The translations under genes were made by a program, and so were the position numbers. This document shows, in pieces, positions 19,745-29,867 of a stretch of 39,409 nucleotides of DNA; within the stretch, counting starts at the first letter, position 1, and each line of letters opens with the position of its first letter. The notes under the pieces are model-generated. The model was given only the letters and a program-made list of their open reading frames with translations, was not told the DNA's origin and made no database searches. Source of the stretch: Promethearchaeota archaeon (lineage in GTDB: Archaea > Asgardarchaeota > Thorarchaeia > Thorarchaeales > Thorarchaeaceae); assembly GCA_014728035.1 (NCBI GenBank), contig WJMJ01000028.1:1-39409 (forward strand). Reading direction: 5' to 3'.

Positions 19745-19897
19745 GTATGTCAGGTCTAAGTGTATCAATAAATCAGTACCAAATACTTAAAAAGTTTTTT
19801 CTCGGACAAAAAAAGTGGCGGTTTAAATAATGAGTATGACAAAACCCTTAAAACCATAAACCACTAGATAACATACTCAGACAACGGAGTACTGCAT

Positions 19898-22800
19898 ATG
19901 AACATCAACATTTTCTCTACATTCGAAAGCGTAAACTATCAATGGATGAAAGACGCCGATTCATATGCTAATGAACGTAGTGGAAAATGGGGATGGTATG
20001 GAAGTATTCGAGATGTCTCGTATTCACTACCATTTCATCGAACATTAATGGGTGTTGACCATACATATTTTATTCTTGATCTTGATCCTGAGTTGATAAC
20101 ATATGAGGAAGACCCTTCATATCTGAAAAAATATGAACCAACTCGTTATCGAGAGATATTAATCCGTGGAATGATTGAGATTGTACATGAATTTCTTGAG
20201 GATATTAAACCTCATGAGTTCTTTGCGAAATTGAGTGGAACTGGAATACATCTCATTCAACGTGTTGATGAACGGATAGATAAACGCAGGTTCAAAACGG
20301 TTATCAGAGAGATATGTAAACCATGTTCACAACATCTTGTTGAAGACCACGTATGTAATGAACATTGTGACGGATGGAATTTCTCACAACAATATAATAG
20401 AACCCAACATAAATGGATAAAAAATAAAGACCAATGGTCTCGTTATTTTACAACTTCGACAGGTACTGTTATTCAAGTAAATATAGACCTCAGTATATTC
20501 AGTTCACGTAGACACCTCATTCGATGGACATATTCCATTAATAAGAAGATTCCTCAAATGCCTAATTATTCAATCCCGATAGATTTTTGGGACGCTGATT
20601 GGGTATTAGAACACATGACATTACGAGGATTAACAAAACATCCTCCTCATTACTATGAAATTCCATCGTTCAGCTTTGACCATGCATTGATGGATGAAGA
20701 GACATTACATTCTTCATCACCAAAACAAAAAGACTCAAGTTACTATCGACAAGACAGAGACCTCTCATATCATATCGAAGTTCCTGATGTAGACGCCGAG
20801 TTAACACAAGACCAATTACGAAAGATAAAAGACATGAAAGACGTATTAACTGGTGATATAGCAGAAACCGCTCCATGTATTGTAGAGCATTATAATCGTA
20901 GTACCACCTTGGCAGCTCAATTCTGGCCACGGGTAGTACTTGTTAGGTATTTATCATCAAAAGGATATTCTCCTAGTGATATCGCACTGTTCATTCGTTT
21001 TCATATCAATGATGATGATGATAATCTTCCGCATAACCAAGAAAAATTGTTCACCGGTGTGAAAGAAGCATATGGTTCACTTGATGATCCAGACATGGTA
21101 CCTGGGTGTAAGAAAATGCGTGAACATGAATTCTTCGGTGTCATAAATGACCCAAATCTATGTGAATTATGTGGGAGAAGATATCCTACCTCTACTCATC
21201 GTGACCTCCAAGGAGTAAAAGAAGAGAAAGATGATGGATTTAACGAGATTATGCGTCTTGCTAGAAATATTCTATTAGGTGGTGAATCATCGGTCATCAA
21301 AAAGACAACACGAGCTGGTGTTACCACTTCAATCATTGCTATGGCTAAACTAGTAGGCAAACGTCTGTTGGTCGTCACGCCAACAAATCGTATCGGTGAG
21401 ACCACCATTCCCAATGCTCTTAAGATTGCAAAGGAGACCCTTGGTATAGATATCAGAGGAGCGATGTTTGCAGCTAATAAAAAAGCATGTCTGAAACTCG
21501 TACTGATTGATAAGACACTACGTCATCGTCGAAAGGTTGAACCTAATTGGGGAAATAATCCAGATAAACTTGCATATGACCATTTACATTATCAGACACG
21601 TCCGAGGTGCGAAGACTGTATATTCAGTCAAGAATATTTTGACACATTACGATACCATGAAAATGATCCCTCTAGCTTTCCCGTTCCTATCCTTCATTCT
21701 GAAGTATATAATTGGTTTCCAAGTAAAGACGAGAAAGATATTGATGGAAAATGTGCTTATACCACCATAAAGGCATGGTTAAGCGAGATAGATGTGATGT
21801 TCACCACATATTCTAAACTTAATGCTCTCATGGTTAATGATACAGAAGACGCACAGATGTTAAGTGACGCTATTGCCAAACATTTTGATGTTATATTGTT
21901 AGACGAAGTAAGCTATCTCACGAATCAATCACCCCTTATCGTTCCTATCATTCAGAAGCGTGCACATTTTCGACCACACACATCAATCAAAAAGTATAGT
22001 ATCGATATATTCGAAGATATAGAGAACGAGACAGATAGGATGAGTACCATATTACCAACTTCTACCACCACCACCGCCGTTCGAATCCTCTCAGACTTTA
22101 AACGCTCGCAGATACATCTTAGACAACAACCACCCGTTGATAGATACACCAAGATAAAGATAAACAAACCTGGTAGTATCATAGACAAGAGTGACTATGA
22201 TGAGATACAGACCAAGTTCACTGCATTTCATGGTCTCATCGAACATGCAGCCAAGGAACATAACATACATCTTGAAAAATCAGAAGACCTGTTTCATCTG
22301 CTCCATACACCAAGGTGGATTGAGGTCTCATTACCAACAAAGTTTCATCCGATTGATGTGTCTCTCATTGCAGAACCTGACGTGTCATTACTACGTAGAT
22401 TCATTAGACATTTCCATGATGATAGAAGACAGGTACTTGTCACTGACGCCACCCTACCATACGTGGACATATCAAAGTTCCTTGGTATAGACCTCGTAGA
22501 CCAGATGGTTGGTGACCCACGAGGAACGAACGATCATCAGTTGGTGGTGGCGGATAGTAGACGAATATCGGTGCTTGATTTATTCTTCGGTGGCAACGCA
22601 CAACGCTATCAAGAAGAATTAGAAGATTATATCAATATGATATGTAAAGAACACGGAGCAGATAATGTTATCATAGTCACACCTAACAAATGGACCTATT
22701 ATAATATCTATAATCGAATGGTTGATGGAAAGATTCCAACATGTGATATGACATGGTACAGGTCTGATAGAACCGTAGGTGTTGAATGTGATAAACGAGT

Positions 22801-23431
22801 GATGATTTGTATCACTTCTCCTCATCCTCCTCATGGCGCACATGATTGGTTGGCTGCATGGTATCATGAACAAGGATTACTTCGTGAAGAAGAGGTCGAA
22901 GAATTGGGAAAACATCTATCTAACAATTCCGCCAAGGCATCATTTTACCAGACCATTGGTCGTGCTAAAGACCCAGCATGTAAGGATAGAAGTGTTGTAT
23001 ATGCATTTGGAATAAAAGGAAGTCGTGATCTCATTGATTCTACTAACCTAGGAGTTGGTGATCTTATGATGTTTGAACCGGATATATCAATCCCTCATAT
23101 CACCATGACATCAAGAGAATTTGCTCATACTGATATAATACCAAAGATTGGAAGGGCATGGATTGACGCTCGGATAAAATTAAACATAATAGAATTAAGA
23201 CTATTTAGTAAAGTTTATGAATATGGAAGCTTTAATACTACACAGACTAAAAAACTGTTGGCGATATACTCCCGAGAAGAAATCGAGGAGGCTATTGCAA
23301 AGAGAATCCAAGAATCTGGACATGCGGTGTTTAAACAATTCGACATTGAGATAGAACCTGTATTCAACCCGCCTAATGGACCTTGGTCATATAAGTTACG
23401 GAGAATAAACGATGGTCCGATATCTAGTTGA
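19898..23431 (+). CDS. Primase-helicase fusion: AEP (PriS) + PriL-like Fe-S domain + SF2 helicase
   Basis: AEP motifs ILDLD, SGTGIH and IDLSIF...IRWTYSIN. PriL-like APCI...PRVVLVRYL..KG...PGCKKMR...CELC. Helicase motifs TTRAGVTT, LLDEVS, TDATLP and QTIGR. Confidence 0.8.
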   Translation: MNINIFSTFESVNYQWMKDADSYANERSGKWGWYGSIRDVSYSLPFHRTLMGVDHTYFILDLDPELITYEEDPSYLKKYEPTRYREILIRGMIEIVHEFLEDIKPHEFFAKLSGTGIHLIQRVDERIDKRRFKTVIREICKPCSQHLVEDHVCNEHCDGWNFSQQYNRTQHKWIKNKDQWSRYFTTSTGTVIQVNIDLSIFSSRRHLIRWTYSINKKIPQMPNYSIPIDFWDADWVLEHMTLRGLTKHPPHYYEIPSFSFDHALMDEETLHSSSPKQKDSSYYRQDRDLSYHIEVPDVDAELTQDQLRKIKDMKDVLTGDIAETAPCIVEHYNRSTTLAAQFWPRVVLVRYLSSKGYSPSDIALFIRFHINDDDDNLPHNQEKLFTGVKEAYGSLDDPDMVPGCKKMREHEFFGVINDPNLCELCGRRYPTSTHRDLQGVKEEKDDGFNEIMRLARNILLGGESSVIKKTTRAGVTTSIIAMAKLVGKRLLVVTPTNRIGETTIPNALKIAKETLGIDIRGAMFAANKKACLKLVLIDKTLRHRRKVEPNWGNNPDKLAYDHLHYQTRPRCEDCIFSQEYFDTLRYHENDPSSFPVPILHSEVYNWFPSKDEKDIDGKCAYTTIKAWLSEIDVMFTTYSKLNALMVNDTEDAQMLSDAIAKHFDVILLDEVSYLTNQSPLIVPIIQKRAHFRPHTSIKKYSIDIFEDIENETDRMSTILPTSTTTTAVRILSDFKRSQIHLRQQPPVDRYTKIKINKPGSIIDKSDYDEIQTKFTAFHGLIEHAAKEHNIHLEKSEDLFHLLHTPRWIEVSLPTKFHPIDVSLIAEPDVSLLRRFIRHFHDDRRQVLVTDATLPYVDISKFLGIDLVDQMVGDPRGTNDHQLVVADSRRISVLDLFFGGNAQRYQEELEDYINMICKEHGADNVIIVTPNKWTYYNIYNRMVDGKIPTCDMTWYRSDRTVGVECDKRVMICITSPHPPHGAHDWLAAWYHEQGLLREEEVEELGKHLSNNSAKASFYQTIGRAKDPACKDRSVVYAFGIKGSRDLIDSTNLGVGDLMMFEPDISIPHITMTSREFAHTDIIPKIGRAWIDARIKLNIIELRLFSKVYEYGSFNTTQTKKLLAIYSREEIEEAIAKRIQESGHAVFKQFDIEIEPVFNPPNGPWSYKLRRINDGPISS

Positions 23432-26400
23432 TGTCAAATACAATAGAGAAACTGATAATCCAATCTATATATTTTTTGATGAGGAGACCCAGACATTTGA
23501 TGAGTTAGTTATACCGCGTGAAGACTCGTTTTCATATTTCCTCCAGACTGGAATGAGTATTCAAGAGGTTCGTACGATTTTTGAATCAACTGATCCAGAG
23601 GCTATTGAATGTATAGAAAGCCTCGAATATGTGGTTAAGTTCAACCTATTCAAAGAGCGATGGGAACGTGTGGTTAAAGTAAACATGTTAACAGCATGGG
23701 ATGTAAAAAAACATAGATTTGATACATGCCATGAAGGATATATCAGACGTACCACTCGTCACATGCTAGATAAACGCTGGTACATGGGAATGCAGTATGA
23801 TTCGATAAATCAACTAAATGTTCCAAAAATCGAAACAAGATATATAACCAAATTGGTCAATAAAGGATACCCAGAAGATTTAGTCAAACAATTATTGAAT
23901 ATGATGTTCACTCCGACTCCAAGGATTTCAACAATGTCTTTTGATATTGAGACAGAAACACATGGTACTATACATCCGAACCCAATGTATGCTGCAACAC
24001 CAATCATCTCAGCTGCATTCAAGTTTCATGATATTCATGGTAATGAAGAACCAGGTCTCGTATATATACTTCATAACAAACTACGACAATTAGACAGACT
24101 TGATCCTAGTAAACCGCTTAATGAGCTTCTTACGAGTGGAAAAGTGAAAATGGTTGTATTTGAGACTGAATATGAATTAATCAATGCGATATTAGAAAAA
24201 ATCAAAGACCCACAATATCCCATGTTATTAACATATTTTGGTGAGGGATTCGACCTACCATATCTATTCAATCGAGCTATCAACTTAGGAATCAATAAGT
24301 TTCGAATCCCTTATACTGCATGGCGTGGTATTGATAGAGGATACATGGCACAAGGAACACCTTGGCGGGTAAAGATGAAGGAAAAAATGCATATTGATAT
24401 GCAACAATTCTTTGCACAGCCAACGGTTAAAAATTATGTCTTCAAAGGAAAATATAGTAGATTAGGTCTCGGAGATGTAGGTGAAGCACTACTCGGACGA
24501 ACAAAGATAGAATATGATGGTTCAATCAATGATATGTCCATCGGAGAACTAGCATATTATAACTATATAGACGCTGACCTGACATTAGAACTCATGAAGA
24601 TGGGTGGTTTTCTATCACTTCGTATCATATTCATGTTCATGAAGTTAGGAAGACAGGGATATTATGAAGCAGCTCATCGAGCAATCGGACATAAGATTCT
24701 CAACTTCATTCAAGGATACCTAACCGAACGAGGAATATTGATACCAAACAGAGATGATCTTAGTTTGGTCGGAACTGTTCATAGTAAAGCCGATATCAAG
24801 GGAAAAGGATACAAGGGTGCTATTGTTATTGATTATGTAAAGGGTGTACATGATAAGGTCCAGTCTTTGGATTTCAGTTCATTGTACCCGTCTGTAATGA
24901 AATCAGAGAATCTATCATTCGATACGGTTAATTGTAGCCATCCAGAATGTGAGGATAATAAAGTACCCGAGCTACCACATCACGTATGTACAAAGAAAAT
25001 GGGTATCCTTCCGATGTTAATCGGATGTATCAAAGATATAAGATTAACTATGTTTAAACCATGGCGTTCTGATACATCCAGAACAGAAGAAGAACGAGCA
25101 ACATTTAAAGCAGTTGAGCAAGGTATTAAAGTGTATGTTAACGCTTGTCTTCCATATGGTGAAGAAGTTATCACAAAGGATAAAGATGGTATAATAAGAA
25201 AAGAAAAAATAATTGATTTGTTTTCTTCTTGGAGAGAAAAGAAAATATTATCAATCAGGAATGATAGGGATGATGATTCCTTTGGTTCTCCTATATTTAC
25301 AGATATACTTGGTATTATGGATTCAGGTGAATCAGAAATCATCGAAATCCGACTTAGTGATGGAAGGAGTATAAGATGTACTGATAATCATGTGTTCCCG
25401 AAGAGCCTACCAAAACATACTAAGAGAGCGGGTTATCATGAGGCAAAGCAAGAGTTCAGTATAAAAGAGGTAGAGGCTTCAGAGCTTAAAAAAGATGATG
25501 AAATATTTGTCTTAAATAAAACACCATTAACAGAGAAATCACCAGATTATCTCTTCATTCCTGATATCATTCAAGGACATGATATTGGTATAGGAATATC
25601 TCGTCGTGATTTCAAAAAACATGCATATAAAAGACAACAGAGTGGTATATCAGATCAACTCATCAATTTATTCTCAATGAAAGGTACATATTCCAAGACA
25701 ACAAAACGATATAAACTAATTTGGAATGAACTTACTGAACAAGAAAGAGATATCATTAGAGAACATTATAATAGAGTTCAAATTAAAATAAACCCAAGTG
25801 GTCCTGGTTATTGGAGTGATTCATATATAGATATAATAGATGATTTCATTAAATTACTTGGCTGGTATATTGCTGAAGGTGGAATCGGGACTAATTCGAA
25901 TAGAATAACCATAACCCAATATGAAGACACATCAAAAGAAAATGTCGATAGAATAAAACAGGTTCTAAAACACATCGGTATTAAATATTCATACCTTCAA
26001 CATAAACAATTCAACATCTATTCGAAGGTATATGTAGCATTATTCAAAACATTATGTGGGGAGGGTGCTTATAATAAACGTATTCCAATATTCATACTTA
26101 ATAAAGAACGAGCAAAGATATTACTTGATTCATATTGGAGAGGCGATGGAAATACAACAACCAATGGTAGTAGAAGATATTCAACAGTGAGTAAAGACCT
26201 AGCATATGATATTCTAACTCTATTAGGGTCAATAGGTAGAATGGCATCAATACAACATGATGATATATATAGAGTCGTTGAAACAACGGGAAGACATTAT
26301 ACAAGAACCTATAGGGGCAAAGTTGAATTCAATGGTACAGTACCTGTTAGGATCAAATCAATAACAAGAAAAAGAATTGAATCTGTTATTGATATAGAGA

Positions 26401-28400
26401 CAGGAAACGGTTGGTTCGTTACAACAAATGGTATTGTGGTACATAATAGCTATGGTGTTTTTGCTCATCAAGGTTTTGGATTAAGTTGTAAACCGGTGGC
26501 GGAAAGTATAACAGCATTCGCAAGAGATAAGACCACTAGACTCGTTATTGAGGCTGAACGATTACGCGGTACAGACTTACTTGAGATTGCAAGACAATAT
26601 GGTTATTCAAAAGAAGAAGCATTAAAGGTGCTAGAATTCATGGAACCAGTCCACCGTGTTACGTACGGAGGGGATAGTGTTCCACGAGACACACCAGTCA
26701 CGATACGTAGAAATGAAATGGTTGAAATAATTCCAATCGAGGATTTATTTTATGCACGTAAATATGGTGCAAGTAAATCAAGACGAAAAATCAAAGACAT
26801 AGAAATATGGACTGATGATGGTTGGTCAGAAATTGTATATGCTTATAGACATAAAGTAAAGAAATACGGTTATAGAATCTTAACGGATAAGAGCTATGTT
26901 GAAGTCACAGAAGACCATTCATTAGTTATCAATGGTAAAGAAGTTTCACCAACATCATTAAACGTTGGTGATTATATTGAAGAATATAGACCAACATTAT
27001 TAGAAATAATTGATGTTCCATATGAACTCGCTTGGACTCTTGGGTTTTATGCTGCTGATGGAACAATGGGTACTTATGATACAAAGAGTGGTATAAAACG
27101 ACAGTGGAGGCTAGCAAATCAAGAAGAATCGTATCTTATTAGAGCACAAAAAGCATTACAATCTATTGGATTTCAAACAACAATTATTTATGCTTCTGAT
27201 GGGATGAAATATCTATCAGCGAAGGATAATTTTGAACGGTTCATACAATATTTCTCTATATGCCAAAGTAGAGATGGAGATAAGATTGTACCTTCAATTA
27301 TTCTAAATGGTACAAAAGAAACAAAACAAGCCTTCTTAGAAGGATATCTGAGTGGAGATGGACATATAACTAAATCAGGGAAAATCTCATTCGGTTCAAT
27401 TGATTTTTCATTATTGTCTGGACTATGCTTAATTCTTGAAAACCAAAATAAAGACTATACATTATACACATACCCCAACAAACCAAACTTTATTAAAGTT
27501 GAGATAAGAAGTAATCGACCTATAAAAAGAGAACCAATGAAAATAATATCTATAGAAAAATTTCTTATTGATGATGATGTATTTGACCTCGAAACTAAAA
27601 GACATTGTTTTACTGGTGGCATTGGTGGTGTTTGGTTAAAAAACACCGACAGTGGTCATTTTCGCGGATTAACTAAAGAAGAACAAGACTATCTTGTTAA
27701 TTTCTCAGAAGAAGAACTAAAGGTGCCGTTAGAACCTGAAGAAAAGACACCAATCGTGTTGTTTTATAAGAAGAAAAATTATATTAAAGTGACTGAGAAA
27801 GGACGAGTGATAGTCAAAGGAATGTTAGGTAAGAAACGTAATACTCCTAATATTGCAGTGCGTTGTTTTGATGAGTTCAAGGAGTTACTTAAGAAGACTG
27901 CACTTGGTGAGATTCGCCTAGAAGATGTACGTGAGAAGACCATAGACACCATTCGAAGATATTATGATATGATTTGGCACGCAGAAGGAGAAATCGAAGA
28001 TTATGTATTCGAGGTGCGTATGACCAAACCAATCTCTGCATATGGACATGTAACACAACATGTAAAGGCTGCTAAAAAACTCGCTGAGCACATCCGTTCT
28101 CAATCAACTGCATTACGAACAGTTAATGATGACGCTATCGTTCCCGCAGGAAGCTTCATAAAGTATATCAAACATGCGAAGGGAACTCCAAAACGAATGA
28201 AAAAAGGGAAACGTTCATCCGGTGTAAAATGTGAACCCATTCCATTGGAGATGGCAACCCCAAAAGACATCAGTCCTATATACTATCACGACAATCTTTT
28301 GAGTGTCATGGGTCAAGTGATGGAAGCCCTTAATATTGATGAAGAAGAGGTAATCACACCAGACCCGAACCAACCACAGTTAACTGAGTTTATGGAGTAA
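23412..28400 (+). CDS. polB: Family B DNA polymerase (PolB1-like) with two inteins (about 905 aa spliced)
   Basis: Exo I FDIET, Exo II FDLPYL, Exo III YNYIDA, KGYKGA, motif A DFSSLYPS, motif B KVYVNA|SYG, motif C YGGD|TDS, KKNY, KGMLGKKRNTP and a C-terminal PIP box QPQLTEFM. Confidence 0.96.
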   Translation: MVRYLVDVKYNRETDNPIYIFFDEETQTFDELVIPREDSFSYFLQTGMSIQEVRTIFESTDPEAIECIESLEYVVKFNLFKERWERVVKVNMLTAWDVKKHRFDTCHEGYIRRTTRHMLDKRWYMGMQYDSINQLNVPKIETRYITKLVNKGYPEDLVKQLLNMMFTPTPRISTMSFDIETETHGTIHPNPMYAATPIISAAFKFHDIHGNEEPGLVYILHNKLRQLDRLDPSKPLNELLTSGKVKMVVFETEYELINAILEKIKDPQYPMLLTYFGEGFDLPYLFNRAINLGINKFRIPYTAWRGIDRGYMAQGTPWRVKMKEKMHIDMQQFFAQPTVKNYVFKGKYSRLGLGDVGEALLGRTKIEYDGSINDMSIGELAYYNYIDADLTLELMKMGGFLSLRIIFMFMKLGRQGYYEAAHRAIGHKILNFIQGYLTERGILIPNRDDLSLVGTVHSKADIKGKGYKGAIVIDYVKGVHDKVQSLDFSSLYPSVMKSENLSFDTVNCSHPECEDNKVPELPHHVCTKKMGILPMLIGCIKDIRLTMFKPWRSDTSRTEEERATFKAVEQGIKVYVNACLPYGEEVITKDKDGIIRKEKIIDLFSSWREKKILSIRNDRDDDSFGSPIFTDILGIMDSGESEIIEIRLSDGRSIRCTDNHVFPKSLPKHTKRAGYHEAKQEFSIKEVEASELKKDDEIFVLNKTPLTEKSPDYLFIPDIIQGHDIGIGISRRDFKKHAYKRQQSGISDQLINLFSMKGTYSKTTKRYKLIWNELTEQERDIIREHYNRVQIKINPSGPGYWSDSYIDIIDDFIKLLGWYIAEGGIGTNSNRITITQYEDTSKENVDRIKQVLKHIGIKYSYLQHKQFNIYSKVYVALFKTLCGEGAYNKRIPIFILNKERAKILLDSYWRGDGNTTTNGSRRYSTVSKDLAYDILTLLGSIGRMASIQHDDIYRVVETTGRHYTRTYRGKVEFNGTVPVRIKSITRKRIESVIDIETGNGWFVTTNGIVVHNSYGVFAHQGFGLSCKPVAESITAFARDKTTRLVIEAERLRGTDLLEIARQYGYSKEEALKVLEFMEPVHRVTYGGDSVPRDTPVTIRRNEMVEIIPIEDLFYARKYGASKSRRKIKDIEIWTDDGWSEIVYAYRHKVKKYGYRILTDKSYVEVTEDHSLVINGKEVSPTSLNVGDYIEEYRPTLLEIIDVPYELAWTLGFYAADGTMGTYDTKSGIKRQWRLANQEESYLIRAQKALQSIGFQTTIIYASDGMKYLSAKDNFERFIQYFSICQSRDGDKIVPSIILNGTKETKQAFLEGYLSGDGHITKSGKISFGSIDFSLLSGLCLILENQNKDYTLYTYPNKPNFIKVEIRSNRPIKREPMKIISIEKFLIDDDVFDLETKRHCFTGGIGGVWLKNTDSGHFRGLTKEEQDYLVNFSEEELKVPLEPEEKTPIVLFYKKKNYIKVTEKGRVIVKGMLGKKRNTPNIAVRCFDEFKELLKKTALGEIRLEDVREKTIDTIRRYYDMIWHAEGEIEDYVFEVRMTKPISAYGHVTQHVKAAKKLAEHIRSQSTALRTVNDDAIVPAGSFIKYIKHAKGTPKRMKKGKRSSGVKCEPIPLEMATPKDISPIYYHDNLLSVMGQVMEALNIDEEEVITPDPNQPQLTEFME
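25146..26447 (+). mobile_element. PolB intein 1 (motif B site) with LAGLIDADG endonuclease (434 aa)
   Basis: CLPYGE...CTDNHVF...LLGWYIAEG...LLDSYWRGDG...VVHN|S. Confidence 0.93.
26676..27644 (+). mobile_element. PolB intein 2 (motif C site) with LAGLIDADG endonuclease (323 aa)
   Basis: SVPRDT...VTEDHSL...LGFYAADG...FLEGYLSGDG...WLKN|T. Confidence 0.92.
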
Positions 28401-28443
28401 TCTTTATATTATTTATAATAATACAATAGAACAGGTTATAACC

Positions 28444-28752
28444 ATGACAGGTAAACAACTCTACACAGATGATGATACATCTAATAACGTATCAACATGT
28501 AAAGGTACTATTACTACAGGTTCTGATTGGTGGACTATTTATGATTCAAAATCATCTAAAATCACCTTTGGTGAACCATATTATTCAACTGGTGGCTCTT
28601 GCGGTATGTATGTATATTCGAATGATTTTGAGGAACGTGTAGAAAAAATAGAAGTATTGATTAAGTCCTTAGAGAAACGTATCTCAGTGATTGAACAGAA
28701 CATGCTTAGTTTAATCACAAAAATCGATATGTTATCTAAGGTGAAAGAGTAA
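28444..28752 (+). CDS. Hypothetical protein with C-terminal coiled coil
   Basis: ORF after an AT-rich promoter-like region; TAATG overlap with the next gene. Confidence 0.6.
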   Translation: MTGKQLYTDDDTSNNVSTCKGTITTGSDWWTIYDSKSSKITFGEPYYSTGGSCGMYVYSNDFEERVEKIEVLIKSLEKRISVIEQNMLSLITKIDMLSKVKE

Positions 28753-28961
28753 TGTCTTGCAATCATTGTAATGCAACTACTGAAATCAGAAAAATAACTG
28801 TTCCAATCGAACGCAAAGGAAAGATTGTGAACTTTCGAAAAGTACAGGTATGTCCAAGATGTATAGAAAAATATTATCCTGAACATGCTATGGAACCACG
28901 ATCAAAAATGTATAAAGCAATGATTAGAGGAAAAGAAACATATATACGAGGACGAACATGA
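28752..28961 (+). CDS. Small Zn-finger protein
   Basis: CNHC...CPRC. Confidence 0.65.
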   Translation: MSCNHCNATTEIRKITVPIERKGKIVNFRKVQVCPRCIEKYYPEHAMEPRSKMYKAMIRGKETYIRGRT

Positions 28962-29110
28962 TGAATTGCCCAAACTGTGGAACGAAACTACAAAAAGTTG
29001 TTATATTTGAAGAAAAAGTGGTTCAATGTCCTGTCTGTGAATACAAACAGAACGAACCAACACTTCAAGAGTCTGTTGTCATTGATAAGATATTAGAAGA
29101 AACGACCTGA
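28958..29110 (+). CDS. Small Zn-ribbon protein (50 aa; below the ORF-track cutoff)
   Basis: MMNCPNCGTKLQKVVIFEEKVVQCPVCEYKQ...; ATGA overlap with the previous gene. Confidence 0.65.
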   Translation: MMNCPNCGTKLQKVVIFEEKVVQCPVCEYKQNEPTLQESVVIDKILEETT

Positions 29111-29383
29111 AGTCTTTAGAAGGTTCTCAAACGAACCTTCTTTTTCATCAACGTAGTCTGCTACTTCCCCCATTTGTTCTTTAAGAGAGATACGTGATTT
29201 CCGTAGTTCAGGAATAGCTTCATCAAGATATTCTAACACGCCATTAAGTATATTAATACGCTGAGAGTGTGAAGCTTCACGAGCCTCTTTTAGATGAGTT
29301 TTTATCCTGATAAAATCTAATTCTAATGTCTTTCGTAATCGATAGAAATCAACAACAAGTTGAGTATATTGCTGTCGTAACAT
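29093..29383 (-). CDS. Helical/coiled-coil hypothetical protein
   Basis: Probable start ATG 29383 (MLRQQY), just after the dUTPase stop. Confidence 0.55.
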   Translation of the reverse strand: MLRQQYTQLVVDFYRLRKTLELDFIRIKTHLKEAREASHSQRINILNGVLEYLDEAIPELRKSRISLKEQMGEVADYVDEKEGSFENLLKTSGRFF

Positions 29384-29396
29384 CACTAATCTTTTA

Positions 29397-29867
29397 CTAA
29401 TATCCGGTGCTTCCGAATCCTTTTGCTCCTCGTTCTGTTTCGTCAAGTTGTACCACCTCAAAAATTCGTGTGTCATGAACTCGTTCAATCTTCATTTGTG
29501 CTATACGATCACCAACAGATATTGAATACTGTTTACCTGAATGATTGATCAAAATTACTTTGATATTCCCACGATAACCAGCATCGATAGTTCCAGGGGT
29601 GTTAAGAACAGTAATACCATGTCTAACAGCGAGACCACTTCTAGGTCTAATAGTTGCTTCTGTTCCAATTGGAATCTCCATCTGAATACCGGTCTCGATT
29701 CCTATGAACTCTCCTGGCTTCAATACTAATGATTCACATGAATATAAATCAAAACATGCGTCATCTTCATGTTTCTTCTCAGGTAGTTGTGCAGAAGGAT
29801 GTACTCGTTTGAATTTCACTATAATTGAATCATTTTGTTGTACTGTCTGTGTCTTATTCGTCGTCAA
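29397..29867 (-). CDS. dut: Trimeric dUTPase
   Basis: ACFDL, RPRSGLA, PGTIDAGYRG, GDRIAQ and RGAKGFGSTG (motifs I-V). Confidence 0.97.
   Translation of the reverse strand: MTTNKTQTVQQNDSIIVKFKRVHPSAQLPEKKHEDDACFDLYSCESLVLKPGEFIGIETGIQMEIPIGTEATIRPRSGLAVRHGITVLNTPGTIDAGYRGNIKVILINHSGKQYSISVGDRIAQMKIERVHDTRIFEVVQLDETERGAKGFGSTGY

Noticed and set aside
2093-28103. Many short antisense or alternate-frame ORFs inside RNR, helicase, actin, terL, primase and polB
   Set aside because: Shadow ORFs of long motif-bearing genes, with no independent signals.
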